Assembly: GCF_006345805.1 (NCBI RefSeq)
Contig: NC_043002.1
Location: 22,258,001 to 22,322,000 of the forward strand
Direction of reading: 5' to 3'
Length of the DNA: 64,000 bases
DNA from: Octopus sinensis
Lineage: Eukaryota
The stretch's first letter is position 1, and every line of letters begins with the position of its first letter. The notes under the pieces were generated by a model. That model made no database searches. It was given only the letters and a program-made list of their open reading frames with translations, and was not told the origin of the DNA. This document shows positions 12,558-25,044 of the stretch, piece by piece. Both the position numbers and the translations under genes were made by a program.

Positions 12558-12737
12558 TTCTACTGAAGGCACATGGCCTGAGATTTTGTGGGGAGGGGGT
12601 AAGTTTGATCACATCGACCTCGAGAGGATGAAAGGCAAAGTCGACCTCGGCGGAATTTGAACTCAGAACGTAATGACAGGCGAAATGTCGCCAAACATTT
12701 TGCTCGGTGTGCTGACGATTTTGCCAACTCGCCACCT
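12558..12737 (-). mobile_element. S1 SINE
   Basis: GGATGAAAGGCAAAGTCGACCTCGGCGGAATTTGAACTCAGAACG...CTCGCCACC. Confidence 0.8.
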
Positions 12738-12740
12738 GAA

Positions 12741-12792
<52 letters not shown>

Positions 12793-12811
12793 TAATAATA
12801 ATAATAATAAT

Positions 12812-13733
12812 AACAAGAGCACTCAGAGAGCGCAAAGCTTCGCCAAGGCAACACCAGCGTCTTCTCAACGATTATCAGGAGAGGATTTTTAAAATGCGAA
12901 TATCTGAAATAAACTCAGCTAGTCTGACAAACGAGCATACTAAAAATGAACCTGGCAGCTCCCAAAAATTAAGTTAAAAAATCGGAAAAAATAATCCAGA
13001 ATCCTTGTCCTGTTCCTGATAGATTCCAATGGTAGTCATGGAATGTGAAGGTGGTTGTAGAAAATTTTGTGACAGTAATAATAATTTATCCTTATCTAAA
13101 ACAAGACACAGTTAACAAATTAACCATTCAAAATAGTTTGAAAGGTGGAGGTAATAATAATAAGTTCTACTCAGGAAGTTTTAAATGAATAGCATGAGAC
13201 TTTTGGTCTTCTCCTCTCATAAATTCCGGCCTTCCTTTAGTATTCCTGTTGTTTTAGATCGATGTATAGATATATGTATATATGTAAGTATATTGTAAAG
13301 TATTGATATGTATGTGTAATATTTAATATATATATTATAAAAATAGTTAGAGTTATTTCATTTCTGAACGGTTTTACTGCCGTTTGTTTCTGTAGTTTGA
13401 TTTATTTATCCTTCAGTTTCTACTGAGATAGAGACGTGAGTAAAATTAATAATAAATGAAAATAAAACTTTGGAAACAGCCCAAAGGGAGATAAATGAGA
13501 AAGACTTGAAAGTCAACGTAAGATCATAATCATGTAAAGTAAATATAACAAATAATCCAGAATCCTTGTCCAGTACCGGATCGATCCCAAAATCTAAACT
13601 GTTCATGCCAGTCACGAAGCGAAATATCCCTGGAAGTTTCATCAGAATCCAACCAGCGTTTCTTGAGATATGTTGTCCACGGACAAACAAACACGACGGA
13701 AAACAATACCTCCGCCTTCCTTAAGGCGGGGGT
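12812..13733. mobile_element. Helentron-associated (DINE-1/HINE-like) non-autonomous element
   Basis: One end AACAAGAGCACTCAGAGAGCGC with CTTCGCCAAGG. Other end hairpin ACCTCCGCCTT-cctt-AAGGCGGGGGT. Internal repeat AATAATCCAGAATCCTTGTCC twice. Confidence 0.55.
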
Positions 13734-13757
13734 AATAGTAGTAGTAGTAATAGTAGC

Positions 13758-13794
<37 letters not shown>

Positions 13795-13802
13795 ATAATA
13801 AC

Positions 13803-13865
<63 letters not shown>

Positions 13866-14029
13866 AAGAAGAAGACGTGTAAAGTGGCATATTTTACTGC
13901 TCTTTCCGCTTTGAGTTCAAATGCCGTTGAGATCGACTTTAACTGTCATTACTTCGGGATCGATAGAACACGTACCAGCTGAGCAAAGAAGTTGATGGTA
14001 GTGTCACGTGGTCCGAGAAAGACGGTTCA

Positions 14030-14302
14030 GCAATACCTTGCTAAGCAATCTGCACAACTGACTTGCTTATAGTGATCGAATATTTGTAATGTACATTTGC
14101 TCACTCCCTCCATCAAGTTAACGTTGCCTGAACAGGGGCAAGGTGCGCCGCACGTCATCAGGTTTCGAAATGATTTCAGAGCAACGTAAGATGAAGTGCT
14201 TTGCTGGAGACCACATCGCACCACCTGGTTCAGAAACTGAAACCACGAACTCGCGATCGATCGTTAAGTGCAACGCCCTAACTACGAGGCCATCCACCTT
14301 CA
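14030..14302 (-). mobile_element. Diverged tRNA-derived SINE (S4-like)
   Basis: Minus-strand head GTGAAGGTGGATGGCCTCGTAGTTAGGGC. Body similar to 32790-32830. Confidence 0.5.
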
Positions 14303-14859
14303 CCAGTTGAGCATTAGGGTCAATATAATCGAGTTCCCTTCCCGCAGAACTCTATGGCCTTGTGCCATAGTTATAAAGAATTATAACACCATCGCCACCA
14401 CCACAACAACCACAACCACCACCACACCACAACCACCAAAACCACCACCACCACCACCACCACCATCACCACCACCACCACCAACACCACCACCACCACC
14501 ACCACCACCACCACCACCACCACCATCATTAGTATCATAATTTCCGGCATACTCCTTCCATGACACATAACATCATCAACATCATTATCAGCAGTAGTAT
14601 ATTTACCACCAGCAACAACAGCAACAACACCCCGACTTCCTACGCAACCGCTGAGCCTGGATGTACGTTCTTCCATCCGTCGATTCTCTCAGTGTCGGGG
14701 GTTGACCTGCTTTCTCTTCTGTGGGTCTTACGAATAGCAAAGGACCACGTTTCGGACTTCTCCCATCTTGCGAGCTCTGGGACGAAGACCGTTCGCTCAA
14801 CAACAATAGCAACACAACACCACCACCACAACCACCACCACCACCCCACCACCGCCACC

Positions 14860-14912
<53 letters not shown>

Positions 14913-15244
14913 ACAGCAAGTGAACCTGCCACTACGAAGGCGAATATTTTCTGTAATTTCAAAACCAATGTTGTTCTTGTGTACATATGGTACCAACCTC
15001 CATTATGATACCTCTTGCATCAAAGACACCTTTTTGAATTTATTTTCATTGCGCATTTATTTTTATTTCTTCCTCCAGAAATTTTGGAAAAGGATATTTA
15101 TTTTATATCCCCACATCCGCCGTCAATGAAGCAGAAGCGAAGGAAGTGTGAAATGCCAATGCAAGTGTGTTCCTTTTATTTAAAACGTTTCGAAAAAAAA
15201 TCAATTGAAATAATAATGATAATAATGATATAATAATAATAATA

Positions 15245-15292
<48 letters not shown>

Positions 15293-15294
<2 letters not shown>

Positions 15295-15880
15295 TCAGAG
15301 ATCATGAAGAAAAAAAATGCTTTCTAAATGATGTATCAATACCTATTTCTTAACTACCCACAAGGGGCTAAACACAGAGAGGACAAACAAGGACAGACAT
15401 AGGTATTAAGTCGATTACATCGACCCCAGTGCCTAACTGGTACTTAATTTATCGACCCCGAAAGGATGAAAGGCAAAGTCGCCTCGGCGGAATTTGAACT
15501 CACAACGTAACGCAGACGAAATACCGCTAAGCATATGACAACGTGTCTCTAAAAGAAATGGAGAAACTTTCAAAATACAAAGACCTGGAAATAGAGGTAA
15601 CCAGAATGTGGAATCTAAAAACAGAAACAATTCCTATCATAGTAGGTGCATTAGGCATGATAAAAAAATATTCAGACAAATACATAGCAAAAACACCAGG
15701 ACTTACAAACACATATAACATACAGAAAATTGCAATACTAGGCACTGCACACATCCTACGCAGAACACTTTCCATACAATAACCATCAGAGCATCACAAC
15801 AAATCACAACACATACCTAAGGCACACAGAGCTGCGCTCGGTAGTGAAGTGAAAGCACGCTATAAAAATAAAACTACTGA
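15293..15880 (+). mobile_element. R4/Dong-clade non-LTR retrotransposon 3' fragment, family A copy 1
   Basis: KEMEKLSKYKDLEIEVTRMW...IPIIVGALG...GTAHILRRTL (restriction-like endonuclease C-terminus), flanked by (TAA)n. Confidence 0.85.
15342..15535 (-). mobile_element. S1 SINE nested in Dong copy A1
   Basis: Interrupts GTATCAATACC...ATGACAACG, which is contiguous in copies A2 and A3. Confidence 0.85.
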
Positions 15881-15887
15881 ATGATAA

Positions 15888-15971
<84 letters not shown>

Positions 15972-15975
15972 TAAA

Positions 15976-16040
<65 letters not shown>

Positions 16041-16042
<2 letters not shown>

Positions 16043-16352
16043 TTTGATAAATACGGAGACCTGAGACTTAAGATCGCTAAGATGTGGCAGCTACGACTGT
16101 TAAACATAAAGGTTATCCCTATTGTCATCGGAGCATTGGGTTCAATACCACACAAGCTGAAAAACCATTTGAAAACCTTTAAAATATCCTATAATCTAGA
16201 TGTCTTGCAAAAATCACTTGGTACTGCACGCATATTGCGTAAAGTATTTTCTGTTTGAGGTCCTTGTTGCGACTTGGACTAACAGTACAAACTCCCGGTA
16301 GACAGAATATCTTCAATCAACAACCTCACGATATTGTATACTGTGCGACGTC
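16041..16352 (+). mobile_element. R4/Dong 3' fragment, family B
   Basis: FDKYGDLRLKIAKMW...VIPIVIGALG...GTARILRKVFSV* plus 3' UTR, (TAA)n flanks. Confidence 0.8.
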
Positions 16353-16420
<68 letters not shown>

Positions 16421-16446
16421 TAATAATAATAATAATAATAATAATA

Positions 16447-16580
<134 letters not shown>

Positions 16581-16596
16581 TAATAATAATAATAAT

Positions 16597-17141
16597 AGAT
16601 GCAGTACCAGGCAGTGGCTCTCATGGCTTCTGATCTTAACTGATTGGAAGTGCTATCATGTACATTGTTTTGTCTTGGTATAAAAGATGGGCTACAGCAA
16701 ATATTCTGCTCAATACCACAGATTTGCTTGTCAGTTGTTTGGCCTTAACCAGTTGAGCATGTCCCTTAGTGGCTGACGATATGGCATCTCTGATCACGAG
16801 CAGAAGTAGTGGGGGAGCATCATGCCATGTGTTGAGAGGGATTCTTGGGGTTTGAATAATTCACCTCTGGAAACATAGGTGTTTCGTCAACATCCTTATA
16901 CAACCCTTATTCAGGGACCTTTGAGCAGGATGGGCTACTCAACCTGAAAAAAATTCTAACTGGGCCCCACCTGCAAGGTCATGTGCTGTTTATCTTGATA
17001 TGAGATCACCATGTCGCGCACATATGGTTGTGATGCATGTGCCTGGTGTACCTTTATCAGACGGGTAGTCATGATGGGTATATTGGGCTTCGTATATTTT
17101 ACCCCAGTGTCACTTTGATGGCATGGACTGCTCTCTCACTC
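16597..17141 (+). mobile_element. (TAA)n-embedded non-coding element X, copy 1
   Basis: Homologous to 18279-18824 and 38112-38472. All end CTCACTC followed by (AAT)n-type sequence. Confidence 0.75.
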
Positions 17142-17142
17142 A

Positions 17143-17177
<35 letters not shown>

Positions 17178-17198
17178 AATGATAATAATAATAATATT

Positions 17199-17238
<40 letters not shown>

Positions 17239-17239
17239 G

Positions 17240-17980
17240 TAAGACCAAAGCCTCCCCACCAGAAATTACCAAAACCATGTAATGAAAAGAAATATAACAA
17301 GTAACTGCAGAATATGTGGAGATGGACAAGAAACAATATATCATATTATCTCTAGCTGCCCAGTCCTGGCTAAGAAAGAATATATTCACAGACATGACAG
17401 AGTTGGAACCTACATACATTGGAAGCTATGCCAACATTATGGAATAACAACAGAAAAAAGATGGTGGTATAGGCACACCCAGAAAAGGTCACAGAAAACG
17501 AAGAAAGCAACCATACTCTGGGATATGCCGATACACACACAGATAGAGAAATTAAGGCCAACAGACCAGATATAGTGTCAAGTATCATGAAGAAAAAAAA
17601 TGCTTTCTAATTGATGTATCAATACCGGCAGATGACAACGTGTCTCTCTAAAAGAAATGGAGAAACTTTCAAACAAAATACAAAGACCTGAAATAGAGGT
17701 AACCAGAATGTGGAATCTAAAAACAGAAACAATTCTATCATAGTAGGGCATTAGGCATGATAAAAAAATATTCAGACAAATACATAACAAAAACACCAGG
17801 ACTTACAAACACATATAACATACAGAAAATTGCACTACTAGGCACTGCACACATCCTACGCAGAACACTTTCCATACAATAACCATCAGAGCATCACAAC
17901 AAATCACAGCACATACCCAAGGCACACAGAGCTGCGCTCGGTAGTGAAGTGAAAGCACGCTATAAAAATAAAACTACTGA
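17240..17980 (+). mobile_element. R4/Dong 3' fragment, family A copy 2 (frameshifted)
   Basis: CRICGDGQETIYHIISSCPVLAKKEYIHRHD zinc knuckle, NRPDI endonuclease motif, same 3' UTR as A1 and A3. Confidence 0.9.
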
Positions 17981-17986
17981 ATAATG

Positions 17987-18081
<95 letters not shown>

Positions 18082-18083
<2 letters not shown>

Positions 18084-18262
18084 GATTGGTGCAAGTGTGA
18101 AGGTAGAACACCTACAAAAATCAGTATTTCTTGGTACGGCAAGAATTATTCGCAGGGTTCTTGAAGCATGATCAGTAAACAAGTGTTGCCTTAGTCTGCT
18201 GGCTGTGGACAGCTAACACATTCCATCATACCCAGCTAATATAAACTGTGAGTTTTCCTCAC
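18082..18262 (+). mobile_element. R4/Dong 3' fragment, family C
   Basis: IGASVKVEHLQKSVFLGTARIIRRVLEA* plus short 3' UTR. Confidence 0.75.
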
Positions 18263-18278
18263 ATAATAATGATAATAA

Positions 18279-18824
18279 AAGGTCTTGATGCAAATTCCAG
18301 TCACTGGCTTTTATGGCTTCTGATCTTAACTGATTGGAAGTATTATCATGTACATGTTATGTCTTAGTATAAAAGATGGTCTACAGATTTGCTACCACAG
18401 ATTTGCTTTCAGTTGCTTGACCTTAACAAGTTGAGCATGTCCCTTCGTGGATGACGATATGTGCATCTCTGATCACGGGCAGAAGTAGTGGGAGAGCATC
18501 ATAGCCATGTATTGAGAGGGATTCTTTGGGGTTTAAATAATTCACCTCTGAAAACATGGGTGTTTCGTTCAACATCTTCAAACAACCCTTATTCAGGCAC
18601 CTTTTGAGCGCGATGGGCTACTCGACCAGAAGAAAATTCTAACTGGGCCCCTCCTGCAAGGCTATGTGTTGTTTATCTTGATATGAGTTCACCATGTCGC
18701 GCGCATATGGTTGTGATGTATGTGTCAAGTGTACCCTTATCAGACGGGTAGTCATGATGGGTATACTGGGCTTCGTATATTTTACCCCAGTGTCACTTTG
18801 ATGGCATGCACAGCTCTCTCACTC
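18279..18824 (+). mobile_element. Element X, copy 2
   Basis: Colinear with 16597-17141. Confidence 0.75.
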
Positions 18825-18890
18825 AAAAATAAAAATAAAAATAAAAATAATAATAATAATAATAGTATAATAATAATAATAATAATAATA

Positions 18891-18940
<50 letters not shown>

Positions 18941-18949
18941 GTAATAATA

Positions 18950-18980
<31 letters not shown>

Positions 18981-19572
18981 TATATTCACAGACATGACAG
19001 ATTTGGAACATTCATACACTGGAAGCTATGCCAACATTATGGAATAACAACAGAAAAAGATGGTATAGGCACACACCAGAAAAAGTCACAGAAAACGAGA
19101 AAGCAACCATACTCTGGGATATGCCGATACACACAGATAGAGAAATTAAGGCCAATAGACCAGATATAGTTGTCAGAGATCACGAAGAAAAAAAATGCCT
19201 TCTAATTGATGTATCAATACCGGCAGATGACAACGTTTCTCTAAAAGAAATGGAGAAACTTTCAAAATACAAAGACCTGGAAATAGAGGTAACCAGAATG
19301 TGGAATCTAAAAACAGAAACAATTCCTATCATAGTAGGTGCATTAGGCATGATAAAAAAATATTCAGACAAATACATAACAAAAACACCAGGACTTACAA
19401 ACACATATAACATACAGAAAATTGTACTACTAGGCACTGCACACATCCTATGCAGAACACCTTCCATACAATAACCATCAGAGCATCACAACAAATCACA
19501 GCACATACCTAAGGCACAGTGAGCTGCGCTCGGTAGTGAAGTGAAAGCACACTATAAAAATAAAACTACTGA
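18981..19572 (+). mobile_element. R4/Dong 3' fragment, family A copy 3
   Basis: ORF 19028-19474 ILWDMPIHTDREIKANRPDIVVRD...LIDVSIP...KLSKYKDL (PD..D restriction-like endonuclease). Confidence 0.9.
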
Positions 19573-19581
19573 ATAATAATA

Positions 19582-19647
<66 letters not shown>

Positions 19648-19675
19648 TAATAATAATAATAATAATAATAATGAT

Positions 19676-20036
19676 AAGCATCTCAAGGCGACTACTGTAC
19701 CAGTGATTGTGCATCTCAAGGCAACTACAGTACCAGTGATTGTAGGATCTCTAGGAATGTTAAAAAAACGCTACTGAAACCTATTTGAAAATGATACTAG
19801 GCTTACCATCCCTACAGGAAGTGCAAAAAATCGTGTTGACTGGAACGACTCATGTACAGAGAAGAGCATTATCGCTGTGAAAACAACATCCATTCATGAA
19901 TTTATTTATTCATTAAATAGATACTTTACTTGTAAATTTGCGTGTGTAATCTGGGAATGCATACAATGAGCTTCTCTGCCCTAGGTGTACGGAAAACACT
20001 CGGCGAGAAATTGAAGAAAATTTGAAGAAAGAAGGA
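19676..20036 (+). mobile_element. R4/Dong 3' fragment, family E
   Basis: HLKATTVPVIVGSLGM...LQEVQKIVLTGTTHVQRRALSL*. The 5' 33 bp is duplicated. Confidence 0.75.
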
Positions 20037-20092
<56 letters not shown>

Positions 20093-20095
<3 letters not shown>

Positions 20096-20293
20096 TACTT
20101 TCTATGTAATCTCAGGGTTTAAAACAAACATAATTTTCGTTTTTTGGGGGGACATTCACTAGTACAACATCAAAAAACCCCAAATATATGGCACACTAGG
20201 CATAACAACAACATGAACTTCCAACCTGTTGACTCTTGAGGTCTCTGGTGAGACTTGGAGCCAACTTGTACAAATATAAAGCAAAAGTCAAAC

Positions 20294-20362
<69 letters not shown>

Positions 20363-20560
20363 TACTTTCTATGTAATCTCAGGGTTTAAAACAAACATAA
20401 TTTTCGTTTTTTGGGGGGACATTCACTAGTACAACACCAAAAAAACCCAAATATATGGCACACTAGGCATAACAACAACATGAACTTCCAACCTGTTGAC
20501 TCTTGAGGTCTCTGGTGAGACTTGGAGCCAACTTGTACAAATATAAAGCAAAAGTCAAAC

Positions 20561-20562
<2 letters not shown>
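20093..20562 (+). mobile_element. Two tandem copies of an R4/Dong 3' end, family F
   Basis: About 200-bp units at 20093-20295 and 20360-20562, starting ILSM* and each followed by (TAA)n. Confidence 0.7.
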
Positions 20563-20628
<66 letters not shown>

Positions 20629-20660
20629 CAACAACAACAACAACAATAATAATAATAATA

Positions 20661-21095
20661 AAAAACAAAACACAAAGCAAAGAAGACTTTCATGAATAAT
20701 ATCGAAGACAACTGGAAAGGCAAATCCTGCATAGTAAATACCTTAACTGCCTGTCCAAGCCAGATATTGATCAAAACCTAACAAACCAATGACAGCAAGG
20801 GACAGGTCTGAAAGGGGAAACAAAAGGTTATGCTATTGCTGCGCTAGATCAAAGCTTACCTACCAGAAACTACCATGCAAACGTCCTTAAAGATGGATCT
20901 GATCCCTCGTGCAGAATTTGCGGAAAATTCACAGAGACAATTGATCATGTTGTTTCTGGCTGCCCACTCCTCGCTGAAAAGGAGTACCTCATAAGACATG
21001 ACAGGCTAGGTCATAACATCCACTGGAATGCTTGTAAATACTACAAAATAGAATCCCACGATAAGTGGTACAGGCACCATCCAGAGGATGAAGTA
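20661..21095 (+). mobile_element. R4/Dong internal fragment, family G
   Basis: GLKGETKGYAIAALDQSLPTRNY...CRICGKFTETIDHVVSGCPLLAEKEYLIRHD. Confidence 0.85.
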
Positions 21096-21269
21096 AATTG
21101 TTGACTACCTTTTTGGGGCTTTGTTCGAAATCTTCTCTTAAAACAAGGAACCTGTTGGGTGATAAAAATTGTTCTGAATGATCATGTGAGAAGTCATAAT
21201 TTTTAGTCGTCTTTCTTGGAGGAATCCATTTCTGTGGTTTCTGTAGGCATTTGAAAAACCTTTACTTTC

Positions 21270-21397
21270 AGGAAGCCTCGTGGAGCTTTTAGGCGTTTTC
21301 GCTCAATAAACACTCACAACGCCCGGTCTGGGAATCGAAACTGCGATTCTACGACCGCGAGTCCGCTGCCCTAACCACTGCGCCATTGCGCCTCCAC
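21270..21397 (-). mobile_element. S3 SINE head
   Basis: Reverse complement matches 52283-52400. Confidence 0.8.
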
Positions 21398-21920
21398 AAT
21401 GTATATATAATAATTATTGAGGGAATATAATCCAAACTTAAATATAAATATAAATCCAAACCTTTTTCTAATTTTTATATATATATATGTATATATGTAT
21501 ATATATATGTATATATATAATATATATATATATTATATATATATATATATATATAATATATAATATATGTATATATATATATACATATATATATATACAT
21601 ATATACATACATACATACAAACACACACGCACACACACATACACACACACACACACATATATATATTACATACATACATGCATACATACATATATGTATA
21701 ATATATATGCATGTATACATACACACATATGTATGGAAGGAAGAAGTGTATTCCCATGCAGGAACAAATATAGGAGAATTTGCTATGGAGTTTCAAGATG
21801 AAACTGTATCTGGGATAGGTGTGGTCGTTTTTAAACAGATTTATTCCTATACCAGACGAGACAATTTTTTTTGCTGAACAATGGTACAAATAATATTTAT
21901 GGAAAAAAAGTGGGTTTTAT

Positions 21921-22075
21921 ATACGACGGCCTTCTTTCAGTTTCCGTCTACCAAATCCACCTAGAAAGCCTTGGTCGGAGGCTTATAGCAGAAGACACTT
22001 GTCCAAAGTGCTATGCAGTGGGCATGAACCCGATACCATGTGGTTGGAAAGCAAACTTGTTACTACACAGCCACA
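21921..22075 (-). mobile_element. S2 SINE 5' half
   Basis: CTTCTTTCAGTTTCCGTCTACCAAATCCAC...GAAGACACTTG. Confidence 0.75.
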
Positions 22076-22368
22076 TATTGCAATCCATGTGTTAGCTGTT
22101 CAACAAATTGGAACCGACAAAATTAATACCAGTCTTGGAAATATGTATTGAAGCCAATGTGATTGTTTGCAAAGCGGCAGCATAAATATAGTCTAGTGAC
22201 AGAAAGCAGTAAAAGTACAGAAGAGACTATACAGTTAAGAAGCTCGCTTTGCAACCAAACGGTTTCGGGTTCAGTCCCACTACATGCTCGGGATTTGGTA
22301 GACGCAAGATTAAAGAAGCCCGTCGTCTCTATATATATATGTATATATATATATAATAATAATAATAA

Positions 22369-22769
22369 CTATTAGGGAATAAATCCAAATTTACAGGGAA
22401 AAAATCAGATTTAGGATTAAATCCAATTTTATAGTAAAATATTATATAATATTAATTCGAGACAAAACCACTACTTTGCAAAACAAACAAGGAAAGACTT
22501 AATCAATACATAAAAATTTTTAATATAAGGAAATAAACCGCCACTACAATCGTTTCATGTCTTCAATGACATTCGTCAGGTGGATATTCGATCTCCTAAT
22601 CTGTTTTAATTCATAAATTAAAACAGATTAGGAGATCGAATATCCACTGACGAATGTCGTTGAAGACATGAATGATTGTAGTGGCGGTTTATTTCTTTAA
22701 ATTAAAAATTTTTATGTATTGATTAAGTCTTTCCTTGTTTGTTTTGCAAAGTAGTGGTTTTGTCTCGAA

Positions 22770-22780
<11 letters not shown>
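22369..22780. mobile_element. Palindromic hammerhead-bearing element in (TA)n
   Basis: Inverted arms at about 22445-22611 and 22616-22780, with a one-sided extension at 22369-22444. Confidence 0.8.
22541..22583 (-). ncRNA. Minimal type I hammerhead ribozyme, canonical core
   Basis: CCAC-CTGACGA-ATGTC-attgaa-GACAT-GAAAC-gatt-GTA-GTGG. The mirror copy at 22644-22684 is decayed. Confidence 0.85.
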
Positions 22781-22833
<53 letters not shown>

Positions 22834-23140
22834 TATATGTATGTATGTATGTGTGTATATATGTATGTATGTATGTATATTATGTATGCGTGTGTGGAGT
22901 TTGTTTTTTCCTGCCACAATCGCTTGACACCTGATGTTGGAGTGCTTATGTCTCCGAAACCTAGCGGGTCGGCAAAAGAGGCCGATAGAATAAGTACTAG
23001 GCTTTCAAAGAATAAGTCCCGGGGTCGATTTCTTCGACTAAAGGCGGTGCTCCAGCATGGCCGCAGTCAAGTGACTGAAGCATTTAAAAGAGTAAATGAG
23101 TATATAAATAGGAATTTAACACACACATATATGTGTAATA

Positions 23141-23211
<71 letters not shown>

Positions 23212-23667
23212 CTCATTTTGAATTTAAATTTAAATTAATACGTTCTCTAACTGGCAAGGGCCACTGCAGTAAAGTATTATCTGCAGCATCAGTTTTTCCG
23301 GTAATATAGCGCGCCAAAACGAGGATCTTTGAAATAGTAAGAGTGTAATGGGTAGGATTGTTTTACAAGTCTGACTTTGTGCGGACGTCCTAGTATGCAG
23401 TCCTACAAATTATATTCATCTGGACGGTCGCACCGATGATGTACGTACATTTATGTAAGTAAAATTACGTAATATGTTGATAGTGAAACATGTATGCGAA
23501 TAATCCATGTTTTTTTTTTGCTTTTTCTTTTGTCTTGCTTGAGTACGTTTTGGTTGTTTTGCTAAATTTTTCTTGAGAACATTTCTTAGTGGTAAGACCA
23601 TAGCGGATCTATTTCTAGCATAAAGGCGTGCACATAGTGGTTTTCCTCAAATATGTATATATATGTA

Positions 23668-24060
<393 letters not shown>

Positions 24061-24105
24061 ATATATATATATACATATATATATATATATTATATATATA
24101 TATAT

Positions 24106-24140
<35 letters not shown>

Positions 24141-24577
24141 ATATATATATATATTCTCAATAAGGATATTCAAACCTCTTGTAGGGACACTTATTCAAGA
24201 TACAATGGTTTAATATATTAAATTATGAAGAGAAAATCCTCCAAGCAATATATTATTTAGAATATCGTAAGATATCAGACATTTTTATTGAGATAGAAAA
24301 CAGAGAGTTCTAATGGATACAAATTAGTTCATGAATTAGTCAACATATTAACCAACAATTATTTCTTTTCTCAAATAAAGTTAAAATTACATAATCTATA
24401 TAAAAATAGCTTTTTGCATTTTAAATACAGAATATATAAACATGTTCTATAGATTCCGAAAATATCCTAATGTAATCCTTATTATTCTCTGAAAACTCTG
24501 ATGATTTTCCTTATAAGGTATTTAAAATGCAGAAATTTATTTGTATCCATCAGAGTTTTCTAACTCAGTATATATAT

Positions 24578-25008
24578 ATTCTTCCCTGTGTTTGTGAAAC
24601 CCTTGTAACTCTGCCGTAAGGCTTCCATTTCCACACTCGCCAACTTAATTCAATTCGTCCTTAGTCGAAAGACACCTGTTGTTATGTCCTGTTATAATTT
24701 TTATTGTTTTTTTTGTTGTATTGATATTTGTGTAACGTTGTCCGTTTTTTCCGTCCTTGTTTTTTTATACATTGGCCGCTTTCTTCCAAGGAATCTAATG
24801 CTCTTAGCTTAGTTTTTCCTTGGGGCTGGTCAGATTGGAGCAATCTCAAGAATAATCAGCCGAAATTGCAAGGATAATCTGGTTCTTGACTGAAGATAGA
24901 AAACTTCGAGTGATCCGTCCTTGTTTTCTTTGTATCGTCTATCTGGATGTTTTGTTGTCCCTTTTTGTAACACCTAGTTGTCCGGTCGTTTTGCGTTATT
25001 GTCCCATT

Positions 25009-25010
<2 letters not shown>
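24578..25010 (+). mobile_element. (TA)n-flanked repeat family P1 carrying a permuted hammerhead-like motif
   Basis: 3' part recurs at 40540-40678 (-) and 47531-47692 (+). Confidence 0.65.
24811..24905 (+). ncRNA. Candidate non-circularly permuted hammerhead ribozyme with k-turn
   Basis: GCAAT-C-TCAAGAA..ATCAGCC-GAA-ATTGC..TTCTTGA-CTGAAGA. Five complementary helices (see findings). Confidence 0.55.

Positions 25011-25044
<34 letters not shown>

Larger units (their letters stand above)
22235..23095 (+). mobile_element. S2 SINE split at its internal microsatellite
   Basis: Head at 22235-22328 and tail at 22895-23095. Confidence 0.7.

Noticed and set aside
14381-14530. Poly-Pro / poly-Gly ORFs
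   Set aside because: (CCA)n microsatellite with no flanking coding signal.
16772-16810. CTGACGA in element X as a hammerhead core
   Set aside because: No stem II or GAAA, and the first base differs in copy 2.
24155-24570. TA-flanked AT-rich segment with CTGATGA and short inverted repeats
   Set aside because: Inverted pieces are visible, but no ribozyme fold or element class could be supported.
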